Assembly (NCBI RefSeq): GCF_963921235.1
Contig: NC_086101.1
Span: forward strand, 70,184,001 to 70,248,000
Length of the DNA stretch: 64,000 bases
Direction: 5' to 3'
Source: Mobula hypostoma
Lineage: Eukaryota
A program made the translations under genes and the position numbers. Below, piece after piece: positions 1 through 12,983 of this stretch (position 1 is the stretch's first letter; each line of letters opens with the position of its first letter). The notes under the pieces were generated by a model. That model had not been told where the DNA came from and ran no database searches. It worked only from the letters and a program-made list of their open reading frames with translations.

Positions 1-1039
1 TCAAAACTACAGATGATGGAAATTTGAAATAAAAACAGAACTGTTGGAAATACTCCATAACTATGTAATGAAAGCAGAGTTAATTAATATGTCTTCTTGA
101 AGACCATTCATCAGAGCTCGCAGCTCTGGGCCAGTTTAGCAGGAACGGCAATTGCGGGCAGAAGGCCAAGGCAAGCTCTGCTCCATTAAGGAGTGTCAAT
201 CACAGCATGCACTAACACTAGGGTGCAGTGGCAGAAAACAGAACAACTTCCAGCCAACTCCTTAACTGCATAATCCAAAATAATTTTCTCCTCTCAGCAC
301 TGTGGCTTCCTTTCATTACATCTTTGGCACAGAACTGAAGACAATAATGTCTTGTCTAGTGTCAAAAGGAAGCAAAAAGGCTTACTCATTTGTATGAAGT
401 AGTAATACAGATGTTCAGTATTGCCCAGGGAAATGCTGAACTTCCAATGCCAATAATTTCAAACTCTTATCCTGCACTCAGTCTGAGGAAGTGATTACAG
501 TTTTTCTATATTATTTTCCTGGAATTTATATTTTCTATCAAGTATGAAGTAAGAATCAATATCACTCTGTTCTAATTTTATTATAACTGTAATATAATGA
601 CTTTCCTGCAATTAATTGTAATAAAATAACATAGTAGTAATAGATACAGAAAATTCAGGAAAAGCATATTCAGCTGGTCTTCCACTGTCTGTGGAAAGAG
701 AACCTTTCACAAGTGCTGCATGACCAGCCTAACTCAAACATATCAGGTCTAAGACCATTTGTCAGAACTCAAAAAGGTTGGTAATCAGAAATCTTGAATG
801 ATGAGAACAAAGGAGTTGTTTGTGATAATCTGGAATCCAAAACACTGAAAGCTACAATTGGTGGTGCTGCAAGTTGAGAAAGAATGAGGAAGGTTGGCCA
901 CCTCTGCTTGAGGAAGATGCGTCTGTTTTGTTTTACTTTGAAAATAATGATACACTATTAATTTTGATCCAATGTCACAAATTCAATCTACTTTCACCTT
1001 CAAACATTTCTGTTAGCATTCCATAACAGAGTCTTGATG

Positions 1040-1175
1040 CAGCATCGATTTTAGCCCTGGATTTAGAAGCCAGAGCACCCAGAGGAAATGCAGCCGGTCA
1101 CAGAGAAAACATGTCTGCTCCTCACAGACAGCACCCAGACTGAACCTGGATCTCTGCTGCTGGGAGACAGCAGTT
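1040..1175 (-). mobile_element. Degenerate tRNA-derived V-SINE (HE1-like) head fragment
   Basis: The reverse complement resembles the SINE copies at 10340-10610 and 58390-58660 (B-box-like GGTTCAGTC followed by ...GTGACCGGCTGCATTTCCTCTGGGTGCTC). Confidence 0.5.
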
Positions 1176-2383
1176 TTCCTTGCTATGAAGAATAATGAAA
1201 GCAAAGATATAAAATGAACACTAGTATTGATCAGACTGAACTTTAAAAAAGCCATTCATGTTTATCTGACAGGTTATTGTTGGTTAGCTGACAGTGCTAA
1301 TTATAGTGAAAATATGACCAATTCTAGTAAACTACATTAAACAGATATACTGTATATATTTCCCTTTGAACAATTGCAAAAATAGCAATTTGATTTATTT
1401 CTATTTTGTTCCAAGGAGATGAACTATTTCTGGTTTGGTCTCATTCTCACCCAGCCCGCTCGACAGTAGAGTGATTCTAAGTCTGTGCAGACCAACAGCT
1501 TTAAAGAATAGTAAAGAAACAACAGGAAATTTAAGCAGGACTTTGATTAGCCTACTTGCTGTGTGACCAATGTTGGGCATGCTTTGGAATATTGGTCTAG
1601 ATTGCACTGATATTCAGCTGGTCCATCCATGAGGAATTATTGGCTAACTGTAGTGTATGGATCAGTTCATTGCTGACTTCTGCACTTGTGCAATACATTG
1701 CAGAGTTAATAAAAGATGGATCCACAGGGTGAGCTGCTTTCCCCACTTGTGTTTAACATTGTTAATAACATTATATTATGTTCATTAGATAAGGATGGGT
1801 CTGGGGTTTCCATCTCGAAGCAGATGGTACATCCTGCAGCACCTTGACTTCTGCTGATGCTGTGGCCTTTGTGAGCAAGTTGGGAGGGTTGATCATAACT
1901 CAGTGACCTATGTTACACTTCTGCACTCAGCTTCTAAACCCTGGGGCAAAGCAAAACAGTGCTAATTGGAGGGGTTGGATGCACTTCCAACTGGCCCCTC
2001 AGCTTTACAATGGGTATGGCTGTCATAAATTGCAAATCCACAGTCATCTGAGCAGAAGAGTGAGCATAGCAAATACCAGGCTGTTAAAATACAGTTTAGA
2101 GAACAAGTGGAAAATAAAGTAAGGGAAGCAATTAGTGGGAATTTAAAGTGACTGGCAACAAATACAAGAGGAAGCAGAGAGGTTTCTTTAGAGAAGAGTT
2201 GTAAGACAAGAGTTGTATCCAGTCAAATCCAAGGAAATCCTGACACCAAGAATATTCTCCAATAATCTGCAAGGCTCACCAACCTATAGTTCTTAGTTGT
2301 CTTTAGTTGTCTGGGACCTTACCATTGGTTAAAGAAGATACAGAGAACTCAACTAATTTCCTGCCTTGCCTCCCTCAGTATCC

Positions 2384-4330
2384 TAGAAACATAGAAACAT
2401 AGAAAACCTAAAGCACAATCTTTGGCCTACAATGCTGTGCCGAAAATGTACTTACTTTAGAAATTACCTAGGGTTACCCTTAGCCCTCTATCTTTCTCGG
2501 CTCCTGTACCTATCCTGGAATCTCTTAAAAGACCCTATCATATCCGCCTCCACCACCGTCGCCGGCAGCCCATTCCACACATTCACTACTCTATGTGTAA
2601 AAAAAACTTACCCCTGACATCTCCTCTGTACCTACTTCCAAGCACTTTAAAACTGTGCCCTCTCATGTTAGCCATTTCAGTCCTGGGAAAAAGCCTCTGA
2701 CTATCCACATGATCAATGCCTCTTATCATCTTATACACATCTATCAGGTCACCTCTCATCCTCCATCACTCTAAGGAGAAAATGCCATGTTCACTCAACC
2801 TGTTCTCATATGGCATGCTCCCCAATCCAGGTAACATCCTTGTAAACCTCCTCTGCACCCTTTCTATAGTTTCCACATCCTTCCTGTAGTGAGGTGACCA
2901 GAACTGAGCACAGTACTCCAAGTGTGTTCTGACCAGGGTCCTATAGAGCTCTTAACCTCAATACCACGGTTGATGAAGGCCAAATCACTAAATGCCTTCT
3001 TAACCTCTTGGCTGTTAAACTCATTCCTACGGTTGATGAAGGCCAATACACCGAATGCCATCTTAACCACAGAGTCAACCTGCGCAGCAGCTTTGAGTGT
3101 CCTATGGACTCGGTCCACAAGGTCTCTCTGATCTTCCATACTACCAAGAGTCTTACCATTACTACTATATTCTGCCATCATATTTGACCTACCAAAATGA
3201 ACCACCTCACACTTATCTGGGTTGAACTCCATCTGCCACTTTTCAGCCCAGTTTTGCGTCCTATCGATGTCCGGCTGTAAACTCTGACTACCCTCTACAC
3301 TATCCACAACATTCCCAACCTTTGTGTCATCAACAAATTTACTAACCCATCCTTCCTCATCTAGGTCACTTATAACAATCACGAATATAAGGGGTCCCAG
3401 AACAGATCCCTGAGGCACACCACTGGTCACCGACTTCCATGCAGAATATGACCCATCTGCAACCACTCTTTGCCTTCTGGATCCACAAAGCAATGTCCTC
3501 TTGGATCCCATGCCTCCTTACTTTCTCAATAAGCCTTGCATGGGGTACCTTATCAAATGCCTTGCTGAAATCCATTTACACTACATCTACTGCTCTACCT
3601 TCATCAATGTGTTTAGTCATATCCTCAAAAAATTCAATCAGGCTCGAAAAGTACGACCTGCCTTTGACAAAGCAATGCTGACTATTCCCAATCATAGTAT
3701 GCCTCTCCAAATGTGCATAAATCCTGCCTCTCAGGTTCTTCTCCATCAGCTTACCAACCACTGAAGTAAGACTGACTGGTCTATAACTTCCTGGGCTTTT
3801 TCTACTCCCTTTCTTGAATAAGGAAACAACATCTGCAAACCTCCAATCCTCTGGAACCTCTCCCATCCCCATTGATGATGCAAGCATCCTTGCCAGAGGC
3901 TCAGCAGTCTCCTTCCTTGCCTCCCACAGTAGCCTGGCATACATCTCATCCGGTCCCAGTGACTTACCCAACTTGATGCTTTTCAAAAGCTCCAGCATAT
4001 CCTCTTTCTTAATGTCTACATGCTCAAGCTTTTTAGTCTGCTGTAAGACATCCCTACAATCACTAAGATCCTTTTCCATAGTGAATAGTGAAGCAAAGTA
4101 TTCATTAAGTACCTCTGCTATCTTCTCTGGTTCCATACACACTTTACCACTGTCATGCTTGATTGGTCCTATTCTCTCAAATTTTATCCCTTGTCGAATG
4201 TCTTGGGGTTTTCCTTAATCCTGCCCGCCAAGGCCTTCTCATGGCCCCTTCTGGCTCTCCTAACTTCATTCTTAAGCTCCTTCCTGTTAGTCTTAAAATC
4301 TTCTAGATCTGTATCATTACCTAGTTTTTT
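2384..4330 (-). mobile_element. CR1 LINE, 5'-truncated, decayed ORF2 reverse transcriptase
   Basis: ORFs 3576-4142, 3366-3575 and 2864-3511 give CR1 RT motifs (YRPVSLTSVVGKLME, MDFSKAFDKVPH, SGVPQGSVLGP, SKFVDDTK). The 3' tandem tail reads TAGAAACATAGAAACATAGAAA at 2384-2405 on +. Confidence 0.93.
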
Positions 4331-5244
4331 TGTACCTGGCATAAATTCCATCAGGTCATGGGGAGTAATCTACCTCCAGTTTTTGAAGGCACCTTTCACT
4401 AATTCCTCTTCCTTGCTGTTAACATCCCCAAGAATATTGACATATCCAACCCTGATCTCACAATCATTAATGTGTTTCCTGATGCAATTGCGTATTTACT
4501 GTCACAGTCACTTACACGGGTTTCAGGGGTGGGGTTCCATCAGTGACCCTGCCACTTCCCTAGCTCCCCTCTTGTTAAGGAAAATCCTAATGCCATGGGG
4601 TCCTACTTTCATGGGGCAAAACTGTGGAGGAGAGGAAAGCAAGTTAAGTTGCAGAGAGCTTACAAGACAGGGGAGATGGGGAGGTTGCATATTTGTGATA
4701 CGGTGGGGCGATGTGTGCTGTTAAAATCAGTTGCAAAAATCAACAGATTGAGTGGGAAAACCAACCAAACATGTTGCAAAATGGTGGCTTGTAGAATATG
4801 CCCAGAATGCTGGGTTGTCTAAAGGATAGGTAAAACCTGAGCCAGTATCACAGGTAGGTGACTCACAGCAGAAATGGCCATTTGTGATACAGAGAAAGTG
4901 AGTTATATGATGTTTTAGAATTTGCTACCAAGCCCATAAGGCTACAAAGTGCCTTCCCTGTGGGTCCCTGCATTTTTATTTATAATTCAGATTGTCGGCG
5001 TCCATAGTTTCTTTCTTCATTCTATAGTTGTGTTTAGTTTTGGACTTTCTAACAGTAGCACAGATAAATTGTACCTGAAAATTCAGATGTAACACAGGCT
5101 TCTTCATGAAGCTCTTGGGAAGTACCAGGAGTGCAATGTAATAACAATGGCTTTTGTTCAAGTGGCTCCACTCTGGAAATTTGGCTTTGCACATGCTGAC
5201 AACAAATCTGTTTGCACAGGTCGTCTGTTTTCCATGTCAGACTA

Positions 5245-8065
5245 ATATGTTTTCCATACCACCAGTGGCCGACTATAATCAAGTGTTGAGATAACTGCAT
5301 TGTGACATCTCCATACAAGAAATAGACCATCCCGATGCATTTCAAATCATTTTCGTGGACTTCAACCAGGCTTGTTTGAAGAAATCCCTGCCCAATTACC
5401 ATCAGCATGTAACCTGTAGCACCAGAGATCCAACACACTTGACCACTGTCATACTGATATAAGCAATGCCTACCCTTCCATACCCAGACTGCATTTCAGG
5501 AAATCTGATCACTTGGCTGCCCTTCTCCTACCTGCCTACAGACAGAGGCTAAAGAGCAAAGCTCCACAGATTAAGACAGCAAACAGATGGTTGAGGGAAG
5601 CAGAGGAGAGGCTACAGGATTGTTTCGAGTTGGTGAAGTGGGTCATGTTCCAGGACCCGTCTCAGGATCTGTATAACTACAGCATGGTGTCACAGCCTTT
5701 ATTAACACAGTTGTAGATGAGTGTGCCCCCGGAAAATCATTCAGAGTCTTCCCCAACCAGGATCTGCTGAGGGCCAGATCAGAGGCATTCAAGTCTGGTG
5801 AGCAAGAAAGTTATAAGCGGTCCTAACACAATCTGCAGAAAGTCATCTCATGGAGGAAGTGGCAATTTTGGACTCAACTTGAATCAGTGAAGTATGCTTG
5901 ACAGTTGTGGCAGGGCTTGAATACTATCACCTCTTATAAAGTTAAATCAAGCAACGTAGGCGACAACAGGGCTTCACTTCCAGATGAGCTCAGTGCCTTC
6001 TGTGCTCACTTTGACTGTCAAATAAAGGAGTTGTCACGAACTCCCACTGTCTATGAGGCTGATGTGCGAGCAGCCTGTAGGAGGGTGAACCCATGAAAAT
6101 CATTCAGTGCAGACAGGTTATCTAGACAAGTATTAAAGCCTGTGCTGGAGTGCTCACTGAGATCTTCAACATCTCACTTCAGCATTCTGGGGTACCCACT
6201 TGCTCTAAGCAGGCTTCAATTATACCAGTGCATAAGAAGAACATGTTAGCTTACCTCAATGACTATCGTCCAGTAGCATATACATCCATGGTGATGAAGC
6301 GTTTTGGGAGGTTGAAGATGAAGCATATCAACTCCTGCCTGAGAAGCGACTTGGATCCACTCCATTTGCCTACCAGAGCAAATGGTTCACAGCAGATGCC
6401 GTCTCAGTCTCATTGGCTCTTTCCTTAACCCTGGAACACCTGGACAGTAAAGGTGCATACATCAGGGTGGTCGTTATCAACTACAGCTCAGTGTTCAGTA
6501 TAATCATCCCCTCAAAACTAATCAATGAGCTCCAGGACCTTGGCCTCAATATCTCCTTGTGCAATTGGATCATTGATTTCCTCACTTGCAGACCCCAGTC
6601 GGTTCAGATTGACAACAACATCTCTATCAGAATTGTTAAAGTTGAATCTGAATAAAACACGGGAGACCAGCGTCTTATAGTTAGAACAGTTTATTACGCA
6701 CCCTCCTGCAGGAGTTTGAGACCCAGTTGTCGAAGGGACAGCACGTAAGTACTGCCACCATCTGAGAAGTGGGTCCACTTAGGTTACAGCCATATATTTA
6801 TACATCGTAAGCCCCATACATTACTGTTGCAAGATGCTGTTTGAACTGGTATGCCCAGCAAGTCTGTTGGTGCAAAACTTAATTACTTAGATAAGAGAGT
6901 CCACTAAATCAAGGTTTAATTACAGATGGATGTACTGTCCAGTCTTTATCAGTTATAATTTTTGCTAGGCCCTGACTTAATTACAGATGGATATTCATTC
7001 CTGTCCTTATTGGTGAGTCCTCCTCCCCCTACTCAAACGAGGGTACAATGTACAATGTTATCAAACCTTCAATGTCTCTCTGCAAATCAAGGGAGAACTA
7101 GTATAAGCCGGTTTTTAGCTAACTACTGAAGACAGAGTTCACTTCAGTTCAAAAATTCCTATTCAGTCCCAATTATTCATTTAGCTACAGGTTACATCGG
7201 TTCAAAATGAATTTTTAATATCCTCAATTCCTCAGAATAAGAGCATCACAAGGCTGTGAGTTAAGCACTTGCTTTATACTTATGACTGTGAGGTTAAGCA
7301 CAGCTCCAACACCATATTCAAGTTTGCAGATGACACCGAAGATGGTGATGAATCAGCATATAGGAAGGAGATTGAAAATTTGGCCAGGTGGTACCATAAC
7401 AACAATCCTTACTCAATGCCAGCAAGACCAAGTAGCTAATCATTGACTTCAGGAGGAGGAAACCAGAGATCCATTAGCCAGTTCTCATCAGATGATCAGA
7501 GGGGGAGAGGGTCAGCAACTTTAAATCCCTCTGTGTTATTATTTTGGAGGACCTGTCCTGCACCCAGTGCATTAAGTGCAATTACAAAGAAAGCATGGCA
7601 GTGTCTCTAATTCCTTAGGAGTTTGTGAAGATTTGGCATGACTTCTAAAACTTTGACAGAATTCTGTGGATGTGTAGTGGAGAGCATATTGACTGGTTGC
7701 ATCACAACCTGATATAGAAACACCAATGCCCTTGAATGTAGTATCCTACAAAAAGCAGTAGACATGACCCAGTCCATCTTGGGTAAAGCCCTCACCAGCA
7801 TTGAGCACATCTATGTGCAGCATTGTTATAAGAAAGCAGCATCCATCATCAGTATCCAAACAACCCAGGACATGCTGTCTTCTTGCTGTTGCTATCAGGA
7901 AGAAGGTGTAGGAGTCTCAGAACTCACACCACCAAGTTCAGGAAGAGTTGTTACCCCTCAACCATCAGGTTTTTGAACCAAAGGGGATAACTTCACAAAA
8001 CTTAACATGCCTCGTCATTGAAATGTTTCCACAACCTATGGACTCACTTTCAAGGACTCTTCAAT
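5245..8065 (+). mobile_element. Rex1/Babar-type LINE, decayed, interrupted by a solo LTR at 6634-7234
   Basis: Fragments WQGLNTITSYK, LNDYRPVAYTSMVMKRF, LCNWIIDFLTCRPQSV, FKFADDT and a C-terminal ESILTGCIT..CYKKAASII segment typical of Rex1/Babar ORF2. Confidence 0.85.
6634..7234 (-). mobile_element. Solo LTR (601 bp)
   Basis: TG...CA termini with 4-bp TSD GAAT (6630-6633 and 7235-7238). On the minus strand a TATAAAA (~6797-6803) precedes AATAAA (~6690-6695). Repeated TTAATTACAGATGGAT boxes. It cleanly splits the Rex element. Confidence 0.75.
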
Positions 8066-8074
8066 ATCATTGAG

Positions 8075-8370
8075 TGTGGGGTCTTCAGGCTGCTGTATCT
8101 TCTCTTTGATGATAGTGATGAGAAGAGGTCGTATCCAGATAGTGAGGGATCATAGTGATGGATGTCGCCTTTTTGAGGCATTTCCTCATGAAGATGTTCT
8201 CAATGGTGCGGAGTGTTGTGCCCGTGATGGAGCTTAGTGAGTCTACAAACATGTGCTGATGCTTATGCTCCTGTGGAGTGGAACCCCCATACCACAATGC
8301 TGTCCACTGTACAGCTACAGAGTTTTGTAGACATCTTTGGTGACATCCCAAATCTCCTCAAACCCCCAAA
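8075..8370 (-). mobile_element. Rex1/Babar LINE 3' fragment
   Basis: ORF 8085-8351 (WYG...SITGTTLRTIENIFMRKCLKKATSI) matches the C-terminus of the other Rex copies. Confidence 0.7.
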
Positions 8371-9689
8371 AAAGCCTCCTTTCCTACAGTGAGTGGACTA
8401 CATTTCTGGTAAGAGGAGTTTTCTACACATTTGGCATCCACTACCTTCACTTATGGGAGATGGGGCAGTAACTTCAAAAGGAAATAGTGTATTCACCAGA
8501 GGGAAAGGAATGCAGGACTTTGAGCCTCATAAAAAGGAATAGAATTGTGGATTGCTCTACAGAATTTGCATATATTAAATGGGCTGAATAGCCTGTACAG
8601 TAATGACTCTGAATCTATTATCTTTTTATTGCTACTGGCTGGTTATTTTCCATCATGCCACACAAGTAGTGGATTATTGGAACGAGAGACATATTTCTGC
8701 TGAAGTGAATCCTATTTCTTATATTTGATAGGTAGGTAATATCATCTGGTACTGTGTGATTGCCCTCAATTAGCCTATGCAAAGAGAAAATTAATTACCA
8801 CTGGAGGTCAATTTCAGCATTGTCACTTTTTTCAAATATTTCATGTTGGTTGGATTTCACTTGCTTTAAAAGGAGAAAATGCATTAGCTGTATTTGCTGC
8901 TGATAGTGAATCTTTTCAACATGGCAATTTCGTGGAGCTGAGCAGATATGTTTGGAAAGAAGATGGTCTTTACTTTTTCTTTTTCATGAACTGCACTATT
9001 TTCCTTTCAGGAATTAGCATTAGTCTCACTGTTTAATTCCGGGCCAATTGTCCAGAAAAAAAACCCAATAACAAAAAAAGCATTTAAAAACATTAAATCA
9101 CCTCAAAGTACTTCAGTGATAGGTGTCCTCAGGCCAAAGTTAAGAAGATGGTATTGTTAAAGATTTTTTTTAGCAGACTATATTATTATTATGTCCTTTC
9201 AGCTTATGGAAATTCCTCCTTTATGAATTCATAAATCACTGTCTAAAAGCTTAAGATACAGAATAAAATTTGCTCTTATGGAATCTGTGTCAGAAAAATA
9301 GTAAATAAGTCAGCACATTTTTCTTTCTGTTTAATACATATGCAGATAATGTGCTTCACTTCATGAAAACCTGCGAAGGCAGTAAGTGCTTGCCTCACTC
9401 AACAAAATTGTGCTAATTTAGGTGGATCCTGATTGAGCTAATCCTGGTGGATTATTCTTTGACATTTTAATTTGCTGATTACATACTCAAAATGAATAAA
9501 CTCTATTAAGCAAAATAATTACTTTTCCGATACCTGTAACCATTCCTCTCTGTTTCAATGAACTGGTCTACTAAAAGTGCATAGCACATCTGTCCTCATG
9601 GAATCTTAGTGCACAGGTATTCATTGACCTCATTCCTAGAGCATTTTCAACATTTAACGATATTCACTCACTCTTTTCATCTCTGTACA

Positions 9690-10050
9690 TTCATCATCAT
9701 CACCTTTATGTGCCGTGTCGTACGACATGGATGATCATGGTCTTTCCATGACCGTGATTGTTCTTGGCAAATTTTTCAACAGAAGTGGCTTGCCATTGTC
9801 TTCTTCTGGGCGGTGTCTTTAAAAGATGGGTGACGCCAGCCCCTGTCAATACTCTAACAGAGACTGCCTGCTTGGCATCAGTGGTCGCATAATCAGGAAT
9901 TGTGATATGCACCAGTTGCTCATATGACCATCCACCACCGCCTCCCATGGCTTCATGTGACGCTGACTGGGGGGATAAACAGATGCTACACTTTGCCCAA
10001 GTGTGACCTGCATGATAGCAGAGATTAGGAGCGCCTTGTACCACCTAGCT
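9690..10050 (-). mobile_element. RTE/BovB-related SINE or LINE end
   Basis: The minus strand carries GAAGAAGACAATGGCAAGCCACTTC...TTTGCCAAG, resembling the RTE/BovB-type motif, and ends in a (TGA)n tail (CATCATCATCAT on +). Confidence 0.55.
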
Positions 10051-10339
10051 CTATACATTAGGGATGTGGTTTGCAATATAAGTGCCTTTCCTTTGGTTTC
10101 CACTTAAGGGAGGTTATGCCTATCACAGCTTTCCTGTTTGAATTTTGAGTACCTGCCAATGTTTAGTCACGCAGTGAACAATTAGAGCTTCTGTTCAGGC
10201 ATTCAGCAATACCTATTAGTTACGATTTTAATATTGATGCTCAGATCCTAGTGATGCTTACTTTACCAACATTGTGCCAGAGACAGGGATGTGTGATAAG
10301 CATAGATTTCTTATTTTATTTCTCTATTTTTTAATTTAT

Positions 10340-10610
10340 CGAGATATCATGTGAAACAGGCCCTACTGGCCCTCCAATCTCACTGCCCAGCAATCCCCCA
10401 ATTTATTCCTAGCCAAATCATGGCAGTATTTACAATGGCCAATTAACTGACCAACTGGTACATCTTTGGAATGTAGGAGGAAACTGGAGCACCCTGAGGA
10501 AACCCACACGGTCACGGGCAGAATGTACAAACTCCTTACAGGCAGTGGCAGGAATTGAACCTTGGTTAACTCTACTGTAGAATGTTATGCTAATCACTAC
10601 GCTCCCATTC
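10340..10610 (-). mobile_element. tRNA-derived V-SINE (HE1-like)
   Basis: A-box-like GCGTAGTGATTAG and B-box GGTTCAATTCC, a central GTGTGGGTTTCCTCAGGGTGCTCCAGTTTCCTCC...CCAAAGA segment, and a LINE-like tail. Confidence 0.75.
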
Positions 10611-10879
10611 ATGCTCTTGGATTGCTCAGTGACATTGACTGATGCCCAGAAGGGGTGTCAGCATTCAGAGGGGAGCATTTTAACAACTCCATTATTTATG
10701 TGATAGGTTTTAAAATGTATTAACTGCAGAAATTGGACATTAACTGGATTTGCTGTTGATGTTATGTAGATAATTGGCACAATATTAAACTACTAGTTTA
10801 TATGAATCACTTGCACTTCTTCATGGGGAATTTTGTCATTGCTAAATACAGTCATCATGATAAATAATAAAGGAAGAGC

Positions 10880-11200
10880 TGATTAGTCAGTGTAAGTTCA
10901 TGGGAGAAGTTGGTCTATTCTCCTTGGAGTAGAAGAGCTTAAGATGGAACATAATAAAAATATATAATATTATGAGGGGTTTTGATAGGGCTGACTGCAG
11001 GAAACTTTTCCCCACATCAGAGGTAGATAAAACTAGAGGACTTAGATTCGGGATAAGTGGGAAGAGATTTAGAGAGGGTAAGAAAGGGCCCTTCACCAGG
11101 AGAGTGGTAAGTACCTGGATTATACTGCTTGAGAGAGCATTTAATAAGTGTTTACATGAGAACTCGAATCACTTTGGCATGGAAAGCTATGGACAAACTG
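10880..11200 (+). mobile_element. CR1 3' fragment
   Basis: GLFSLE..., MRGFDRADCRKLFP..KTRG...FTRRVVSTW matches the CR1 ORF2 C-terminus. Confidence 0.75.
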
Positions 11201-11464
11201 CTGGGGGGAGGAGCACAAGTCATGGCAACATTTCGTTTTGTTTAGAAAGTACTTCCTCCTATCGAATAGTGGAAGTGTTGTATCCAGCCATCACAGAAAC
11301 TCCTGGGGATTTGAAAATATAATAAGGCAGTTGCTCATCTGGTCCACATGGAAGATGTCAATCTAAAATGCACCCCCCTCCCCAACCAACAAATGCTACT
11401 TAACCCAATGAGTTCCTCTAGAAAACTGTTGCTGCTCCAGATTCCATCATCTGCAATCTCTTGC

Positions 11465-12290
11465 TCAAAGTTTGAAGTACATTTATTATCAAAGTATGTA
11501 TAACCTATACAACCTTGAGATTTGTCTGTTTACAGGCAGCCACAAAACAAGAAACCCAAAAAAACCCAATTAAAAATAAAGACAAACCCCCAATGCGCAG
11601 AGGAGATGAAAACACATGATTAGTGCAAACAGTAAAAGCACGCAATGGCATTCAGAACAAAAGTGAGTCAATAGACATGAAGCCCTGAGCAGCTGGAGCA
11701 GGCCGGTAGCTTCAGCCTCGGTTCATCACACAACAGAGCAAAACAAGATGGAGCTCGCAGACATGAAGCCCAGAGCAGCTGGAGCAGGCCCATGGCCTCA
11801 GTTCATTATTCAGCAGAGCAAATTACCACAGGGCTCTTAGACTCGAAGGCCAGAGCAGGCCGAGCAGTCTCACAGCCTCAGCGCTGTGGAGAGCAGCGCA
11901 GATGTGGATCAGCGAGCAGAATCGGCCCAACCCTTGCCACTGGTCCTGAATCTCTTGTCTTTTCAGTCAATCTGAGCCAGCATTTAAATTATCCAAGCAC
12001 TGCATCATCCCCCGCACTGGGACTCGGGCTCTGTCGCACTGATACTCTTTGGCCCCGGACCCCGCTGCCACATTTTGGCCCATACCTGACCTTTCCAAAT
12101 CGGCTCGGGGCTTAGATCGCCCTGCCTTTAGGTGACAGGCTGTGAAACTCCTCGGCTCTGACTTTTCTCCACTCTGTTTACACCAGCGCTGTCTCTGACT
12201 CAGACTCTGTTTCGAGCATGCCTCAACCTCGCTAAAACCACTTCTCCTTGAGTATGCCATGCTCCAACGTTGCTTTGTACCCACTGCTCT
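11465..12290 (-). repeat. Unclassified interspersed repeat, probably non-autonomous LINE-derived, with ~3 internal direct repeats
   Basis: AATAAA-like signal near the minus-strand 3' end; GACATGAAGCCC-GAGCAGCTGGAGCAGGCC at ~11674 and ~11760, partial at ~11840. The terminus resembles that of 27810-28690. Confidence 0.45.
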
Positions 12291-12899
12291 AACTAATGAA
12301 CTACATTTATAAAGGAACAGAGTACTGATGGGTTTGGGGTAGGCTGGTGTGATTTGGTAGGGAGCAAAGGGAATAGTAGAAATAATGGGTTCAGGTAGGC
12401 AATGTGGTGAGAAAGGAGAGGAGTTCGATGGAGGGGTGGGACTGGACAGATAATTGTGTGGCGTGATGAAAGGGGAAGGGGTATAGACAGCAGGAAATTG
12501 TGTGAGGTAGAGGTAAGGGATTAGCCTGGCACACGTGATAAAGGTGTGGAATCAGAGCCCAGCTTTTTGCAGGGTGGTCAGTGGAGTCAGGAGCAGTCCT
12601 AGGATGAAGCTGTAGGGAGATCAGATATCATGGGGTGAGGATGGTTTGCTCATGGTGGCAGAGGTGGAAGGTGTTCTGGAGATGGATGTCATAGATCAGG
12701 AGTTGGGCTATTGATGAGAGGGTATTTGGGCTGTTTGCTGCAGAAGAATTCCCTTTTGCCTATCTCATGGGCTACACAGTCCGACCTGCAACAACAAGAA
12801 CTCGTTGTTTCAGAGGTGCCCAACAATGGATATCATCACCACAAAATATGGTCCATGATTGCCTACAATACCCCAAAGCAATCATTCTACAGAGCACCA

Positions 12900-12983
12900 C
12901 ACATCAAAGTTGCTGGTGAACGCAGCAGGCCAGGCAGCATCTGTAGGAAGAGGTGCAGTCGACGTTTCAGGCCGAGACCCTTC
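12900..12983 (-). mobile_element. Mini-PLE terminal fragment truncated inside the hammerhead
   Basis: Near-identical to the 3' end of the PLE at 31565-31650. Flanked by 15-bp direct repeat TTCTA(C/T)AGAGCACCA at 12885-12899 and 12981-12995. Confidence 0.85.

Noticed and set aside
1-120. Additional hammerheads in very old PLE-tail fragments (also ~640-770, 11330-11465, 13050-13170, 16060-16180)
   Set aside because: PLE-tail resemblance is visible, but the catalytic cores are too degenerate to call.
10540-10610. tRNA gene (also ~58390-58460)
   Set aside because: A/B-box-like heads continue into SINE bodies and no cloverleaf is evident.
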